Translations under genes and position numbers: made by a program | Notes under the pieces: model-generated | What the model was told of the DNA's origin: nothing | The model's input: only the letters and a program-made list of their open reading frames with translations | Databases searched by the model: none | Part shown: positions 59,385 through 64,000 of the stretch, in pieces | How positions within the stretch are numbered: the first letter of the stretch is position 1 | How the letters are laid out: each line of letters starts with the position of its first letter | From: Minisyncoccota bacterium | GTDB taxonomy: Bacteria; Patescibacteriota; Minisyncoccia; Phycocordibacterales; UBA918 | Assembly: GCA_040879435.1 (NCBI GenBank) | Contig: JBBDKG010000012.1 | Coordinates: forward strand, 2,755 to 66,754 | Direction of reading: 5' to 3' | Length of the DNA: 64,000 bases

Positions 59385-62300
59385 ATGAATGCCCCGCTCC
59401 AATCAGACTTCGTCCACCTCCATGTGCACAGCCATTTCTCGCTCTTAAACGCGCTTCCGACACCAAAGGAACTGGCGGCCGCTGCGAAGGAGGACGGCCA
59501 GACGTCGCTCGCACTCACGGACAACGGTGCCCTTTACGGTGCTATCGATTTTTATAAAGCGTGCACAAAGGCGGAGATCAAACCGATCATCGGACTTGAC
59601 GCCTTCCTTGCCCCTCGTACACGCTTCGACAAGGAGGCGCAGATCGACAAACCGAACGCGCGACTGGTACTGCTCGCAAAGAACAACGATGGATACAAGA
59701 ATCTCATCGAGCTCGTGACCCGCTCATTCATCGACGGCTTCTACTACCGACCCCGCATCGACCAGGAACTCCTTGAACGGCTCGGCGATAACCTCATCTG
59801 CATCATTCCGTCGTTCGCCGGTGAGGTCGCACGTGCTCTGAAGAACGGCGACTCTGAACGTGCCGGTGCATCACTCGACTGGTACAAACAACGATTCGGT
59901 GAGAACTGCTATCTTGAGATCACCCACCACCCTGAGATCCTTGACCACGAAGAGAACCAACAGCGGATCATCACGCTCAGCGCTGAGACGAACACCCCAC
60001 TCGTTGCCGCCCATGACGTCTACTACCTCAAACCAGAGGACCGTATTGCGCGTGAGACGATGATCAAGATCCAGAACGGCGGCGTGGTCGAAACTGCAGA
60101 CGAGCATGAGACCGTTGAGGACTTCTCGTTCATCACGAAAGAGCAGGCCGCCAAATACTTCAAAGATACGCCCGAGGCGCTCACGAATACGGTGAAGATC
60201 GCAGAACAATGTACCGTCGAGATCCCGATCGGGACCGTCTGGTACTTCCCCGACTACATCATCGAGAGCGGCAAGGAGCCGGACGACGAACTGAAGGAGA
60301 TGGCGTACCGCGGTGTGCCGTGGCGCGGCCTTTCGCTTGATGACGCGGCTGTGAAAGAACGACTGGACTATGAGCTCGACATCATCAAAATGAAAGGGTA
60401 CGCCAAGTACTTTCTTGTGGTGGGTGACCTGCTCCGCGAGGCGCGCGAGCGCGGCATCCTCACCACCATTCGTGGCTCGGTCGCTGGATCACTCACCACC
60501 TATGTGCTCGGTATCACCAACGTAGACCCGCTTGAATACAAACTCCCCTTCGAGCGGTTCCTCAATCCCGAACGGCCCTCCGCACCGGATATCGACATGG
60601 ACTTCGCCGATAACAGACGCGATGAGATCATCGAGTACGCCAAGGAAAAGTATGGTGAGGACAAGGTCGCGCAGATCGGTACCTTCGGTACCATGATGGC
60701 GCGTGCTGCTGTGCGGGATGTTGCGCGGGCCTTGGGCCACCCATACAGCACCGGAGACACTATCGCCAAACTGATACCGATGGGCAGCCAGGGCTTCCCG
60801 ATGACCATCACGCGGGCGCTTGAGATCGAACCCGATCTTGCGAAGCTATACAAGCAGGACCGTGATGCGCGGGAGGTCATCGACCTTGCGAAGAAGATCG
60901 AAGGTCGCGTCCGGCATCTTGGTGTGCACGCTGCCGGCGTGGTGATCGCGCCGGAGCCGCTCAACCAGTTCGTGCCGATCCAGACCGACCCGAAGACCGG
61001 TAAATACATCACGCAGTATGAGATGCACTCCGTTGGCGAGGATGGCGTAGGGCTTTTGAAGTTCGACTTCCTCGGCATCAAGAACCTCGCCATACTTGCA
61101 GACGCCGTAAAACGCGTACGGAAGATCCGTGATATAGCGGTTGATATCGAGAATATCCCGCTTGATGACAAGAAGACATTCGCGATGCTCGCACGCGGTG
61201 AGACGATGGGACTCTTTCAGCTGAACGGTTCCGGCATGACCGCCTTCTTAAAGCAGCTGCAGCCGAGTGCGATCCACGACATCAACGCGATGGTCGCCCT
61301 CTACCGCCCCGGCCCGATGGAGTCCATTCCGTCATACATCGAGCGGAAGCACAACGCACACCTAGTGACGTACCTCGACCCGAGACTCGAAACGATACTG
61401 GACCGTTCATACGGTGTAGTGACGTACCAGGACGACGTATTGATGATCGCACGCGAACTCGCCGGCTACTCCTGGCTTGAGGCAGACATGCTCCGAAAGG
61501 CCATGGGAAAGAAGATCCCGGAGGTGATGGAGGCTGAGAAGCAGAAGCTCCTGGACGGATTCCGTGATCACGGCAAGCTTACACCGCAACTTGCCGAGAA
61601 GCTCTGGAAACTGATCGAACCGTTCGCCGCTTATGGTTTCAATAAAGCCCATGCAGCAAGCTACGGTCGTGTGGCATACCAGACGGCGTATATGAAGGCG
61701 AACTACCCGGTGGAGTATATGTCTGCAGTACTCACCGCCGACTCCGGGGACACCGAGAAGATCTCAGAGATCATCCATGAGTGCGATCGCATGGATATCG
61801 AGGTGCTGCCGCCGGACATCAACGAAAGCTTTGCGGACTTCTCGGTGGTCCCCGGCACGCAGAAGATCCGGTTCGGACTGACGACCATCAAAAACTTTGG
61901 TGAAGGTATCGCTGAGCGCATCATTGAAGAACGGAAAGCGAACGGCCACTTTGCGTCCTTGACCGACCTCCTCTCCCGCATCCATGACCGCAACCTCAAC
62001 AAGAAGTCGCTTGAAGCGCTCGTGATGACAGGGGCGTTCGACCGGTTTGCGGAACGCGGCAGGATGTATGCGAATATTGACACCATGCTCGCATTCAACA
62101 GGGAACAGATCGCGGGTCGTGAATCGTCGCAGGAATCGCTCTTTGGTGGAGTGGAGAGTGGCATGAATGAACTTATCCTCGCCGATGCAACACCCGCGAC
62201 ACCACAACAGAAACTGCAGTGGGAAAAGGATCTGCTCGGTGTGTATGTATCAGGTCATCCGCTCGACGCGCACCGTGATGAGCTGAAGAAGCGGAAAACG

Positions 62301-62630
62301 ATCACTGATATCAAGGATGACGGACGGAACGGCATTCCGGTCGTGACCGCCGGCATGGTGGAGACGGTCCGCGAACTGCTCACCAAGAAAGGCGACCGCA
62401 TGGCATTCGTCGGTCTGGTGAACCACACCGATGCGATCGAGATGACCGCCTTCCCCGAGGTCTATCGTGCGAACCAGTCACTTCTCACTCCAGGATCGTG
62501 TATCGCGGTCAAAGGCACGCTCAATATCCGAAGCGGTGAGCCGACCATTTTGGTTGATAAGGTAAAGTCGCTTGCCACTCAACCAACAGCACCAATTGAC
62601 AACAACGAGGAGCCGGTTACTATTGGGTGA
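59385..62630 (+). CDS. dnaE: DNA polymerase III alpha subunit
   Basis: PHP domain (HLHVHS, LTD), RGS, PDIDMDF, KFDFLG, YGFNKAH, OB fold. Confidence 0.98.
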   Translation: MNAPLQSDFVHLHVHSHFSLLNALPTPKELAAAAKEDGQTSLALTDNGALYGAIDFYKACTKAEIKPIIGLDAFLAPRTRFDKEAQIDKPNARLVLLAKNNDGYKNLIELVTRSFIDGFYYRPRIDQELLERLGDNLICIIPSFAGEVARALKNGDSERAGASLDWYKQRFGENCYLEITHHPEILDHEENQQRIITLSAETNTPLVAAHDVYYLKPEDRIARETMIKIQNGGVVETADEHETVEDFSFITKEQAAKYFKDTPEALTNTVKIAEQCTVEIPIGTVWYFPDYIIESGKEPDDELKEMAYRGVPWRGLSLDDAAVKERLDYELDIIKMKGYAKYFLVVGDLLREARERGILTTIRGSVAGSLTTYVLGITNVDPLEYKLPFERFLNPERPSAPDIDMDFADNRRDEIIEYAKEKYGEDKVAQIGTFGTMMARAAVRDVARALGHPYSTGDTIAKLIPMGSQGFPMTITRALEIEPDLAKLYKQDRDAREVIDLAKKIEGRVRHLGVHAAGVVIAPEPLNQFVPIQTDPKTGKYITQYEMHSVGEDGVGLLKFDFLGIKNLAILADAVKRVRKIRDIAVDIENIPLDDKKTFAMLARGETMGLFQLNGSGMTAFLKQLQPSAIHDINAMVALYRPGPMESIPSYIERKHNAHLVTYLDPRLETILDRSYGVVTYQDDVLMIARELAGYSWLEADMLRKAMGKKIPEVMEAEKQKLLDGFRDHGKLTPQLAEKLWKLIEPFAAYGFNKAHAASYGRVAYQTAYMKANYPVEYMSAVLTADSGDTEKISEIIHECDRMDIEVLPPDINESFADFSVVPGTQKIRFGLTTIKNFGEGIAERIIEERKANGHFASLTDLLSRIHDRNLNKKSLEALVMTGAFDRFAERGRMYANIDTMLAFNREQIAGRESSQESLFGGVESGMNELILADATPATPQQKLQWEKDLLGVYVSGHPLDAHRDELKKRKTITDIKDDGRNGIPVVTAGMVETVRELLTKKGDRMAFVGLVNHTDAIEMTAFPEVYRANQSLLTPGSCIAVKGTLNIRSGEPTILVDKVKSLATQPTAPIDNNEEPVTIG
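62596..62623 (+). promoter_or_regulatory. sigma70 promoter for the thrS leader, inside the dnaE 3' end
   Basis: TTGACA-N16-TACTAT. Confidence 0.6.
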
Positions 62631-62798
62631 ACGGAGATTGCGATGGCTACCAACCATCGGTGCAGTGCATGCCTTTAGCCTAATCCGATCAAAGAGTGCC
62701 TGATGTCAGGAAGCCCGGTGGAACCGCGGTTCTCACACATGTGAAGATCGTCCGAGCAAGAACAAGAGCATCGCTCTTATTTTTGCTTGGACGTTTTT
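62631..62798 (+). ncRNA. T-box riboswitch (Thr), transcriptional type
   Basis: T-box GGTGGAACCGCG (62717-62728), antiterminator partner CGTCCG (62749-62754), overlapping terminator stem with T5, located upstream of thrS. Confidence 0.85.
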
Positions 62799-62823
62799 CG
62801 TTACCAGTTTATCTATTAACTTT

Positions 62824-64000
62824 ATGAGTACCCTTGAACAGAAACGCCACACCCTCGCCCACCTTCTGGCGGCGGCTGTACTGAAGCAGTATCCGCATGC
62901 AAAGCTCACGATCGGTCCGGCGATCGACACCGGCTTCTACTACGACATCGATTTCAGAGACGGCGACGCGCCAGGTGATGACGACCTGAAGGACATCCAG
63001 AAGGCCATGCGGAAGCTTCTTCCGTCGTGGACCGAGTTCACCCACCGGGAGGTGTCTGCGGACGAGGCTCGTGAGGTGTTCGCTGGAAACGAATACAAGC
63101 TTGAGCTTATCGACGAACTGACCGAAAAGGGTGAGGCCATCACGCTCTATACCGTCGGTGAGTTCACGGACCTGTGCCGCGGTGGCCACGCAGAGAATCC
63201 TGCGCGTGAGATCGCGTCGGATTCGTTCAAGCTCGCAACTGTCGCAGGTGCATACTGGCGCGGTGACGAGAAGAACACTATGCTCACCCGTATCTACGGA
63301 CTGGCGTTCGAGACGAAGGAGGAACTGGAAGCGTACGAACACCAGATCGAGGAAGCGAAAAAGCGCGATCATCGGAAGCTCGGTCAGGAACTGGACTTGT
63401 TCTTCATCGACGAGATGGTCGGTAAAGGTCTGGTCATGTGGTTACCGAAGGGAAACATCATCAAATCAGAGATCGAGAAATTTGCTGTTGCATGCGAAAA
63501 CAAAGCTGGCTACCAACGCGTATCAACCCCACACATCGCCAAAGAGAAGCTCTTCCTCACGTCTGGACATCTCCCGTACTACAAAGAGGACATGTACCCG
63601 CCGATGGAAATGGATGACGGCACGTACTACTTGCGGGCTATGAACTGCCCGCACCACCACCGCATCTTCCAGCATACGCCGAAGAGTTACCGTGACTTCC
63701 CTGTCCGTCTCGCAGAATACGGCACAGTGTATCGGAACGAACGTTCCGGAACACTGGCAGGGTTACTGCGTGTGCGCGGACTCGATATGAACGACGCGCA
63801 TATCTACTGCCGCAAGGACCAGATCAAAGATGAGTTCAAGGCGGTAATGGAGCTGACCATGAACTACTTCGAAACGTTCGGACTTTCTGAGTATTGGTTC
63901 CGTCTCTCGAAATGGGACCCCGAACGGAAAGATAAGTATTTCGATGAACCTGCAAGCTGGGAGTATACGGAAAACTGCATTCGCGAAGTACTCGTCGAGA
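62824..64000 (+). CDS. thrS: Threonine--tRNA ligase (3'-truncated by the window edge; missing from the ORF track)
   Basis: MSTLEQKRHTLAHLLAAAV, GFYYDIDF, DLCRGGH, GAYWRGD, RDHRKLG, MNCPHH, GLLRVR. Confidence 0.97.
   Translation, partial: MSTLEQKRHTLAHLLAAAVLKQYPHAKLTIGPAIDTGFYYDIDFRDGDAPGDDDLKDIQKAMRKLLPSWTEFTHREVSADEAREVFAGNEYKLELIDELTEKGEAITLYTVGEFTDLCRGGHAENPAREIASDSFKLATVAGAYWRGDEKNTMLTRIYGLAFETKEELEAYEHQIEEAKKRDHRKLGQELDLFFIDEMVGKGLVMWLPKGNIIKSEIEKFAVACENKAGYQRVSTPHIAKEKLFLTSGHLPYYKEDMYPPMEMDDGTYYLRAMNCPHHHRIFQHTPKSYRDFPVRLAEYGTVYRNERSGTLAGLLRVRGLDMNDAHIYCRKDQIKDEFKAVMELTMNYFETFGLSEYWFRLSKWDPERKDKYFDEPASWEYTENCIREVLVE

Noticed and set aside
39788-62630. Inteins or introns in rpoB, rpoC or dnaE
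   Set aside because: Protein lengths are normal or compact, with no C...HN intein ends or frame interruptions.
1-64000. CRISPR array, tRNA/rRNA genes, IS/transposase, integrase, prophage structural genes
   Set aside because: No regularly spaced direct repeats, cloverleaf or rRNA signatures, or matching protein motifs were seen by eye.
1-64000. Alternative genetic code (UGA=Gly, as in Gracilibacteria/Absconditabacteria)
   Set aside because: Core genes are intact in code 11 and several end in TGA (dnaG, dnaE, NADAR).

Overview
Ordinary-code (table 11), GC-rich bacterial chromosome segment whose gene content and style (compact core genes, shortened SMC, NusB-NUDIX fusion, class I aldolase, pilin, many short orphans, no biosynthetic operons) point to Patescibacteria/CPR, probably Parcubacteria (inference). 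Core genes: rpmG, prmC, hisS, uppP, rpoD, dnaG, rpoC, rpoB, trmD, khpA, rpsP, rnr, smc, rnc, nusB, rpmF, rnhB, dnaE and a 5' part of thrS. They are interleaved with single accessory genes, many with their own promoter, Shine-Dalgarno and terminator. I saw no rRNA, tRNA, CRISPR array, transposase or prophage. Most notable: (1) a T-box riboswitch before thrS that seems to join an ultra-short Stem I (Thr codon ACC in a terminal loop) to a transcription terminator; (2) a second, very divergent sigma70-like protein with an altered melting region and a large insertion in region 4; (3) a NADAR gene in the usual rimM slot, overlapping trmD; (4) a uORF plus terminator leader on a split ABC exporter; (5) unannotated microproteins or sRNA; (6) a compositionally foreign segment inside hisS; (7) near-leaderless core genes versus SD-led accessory genes. 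All calls come from reading motifs by eye; no database searches were run.
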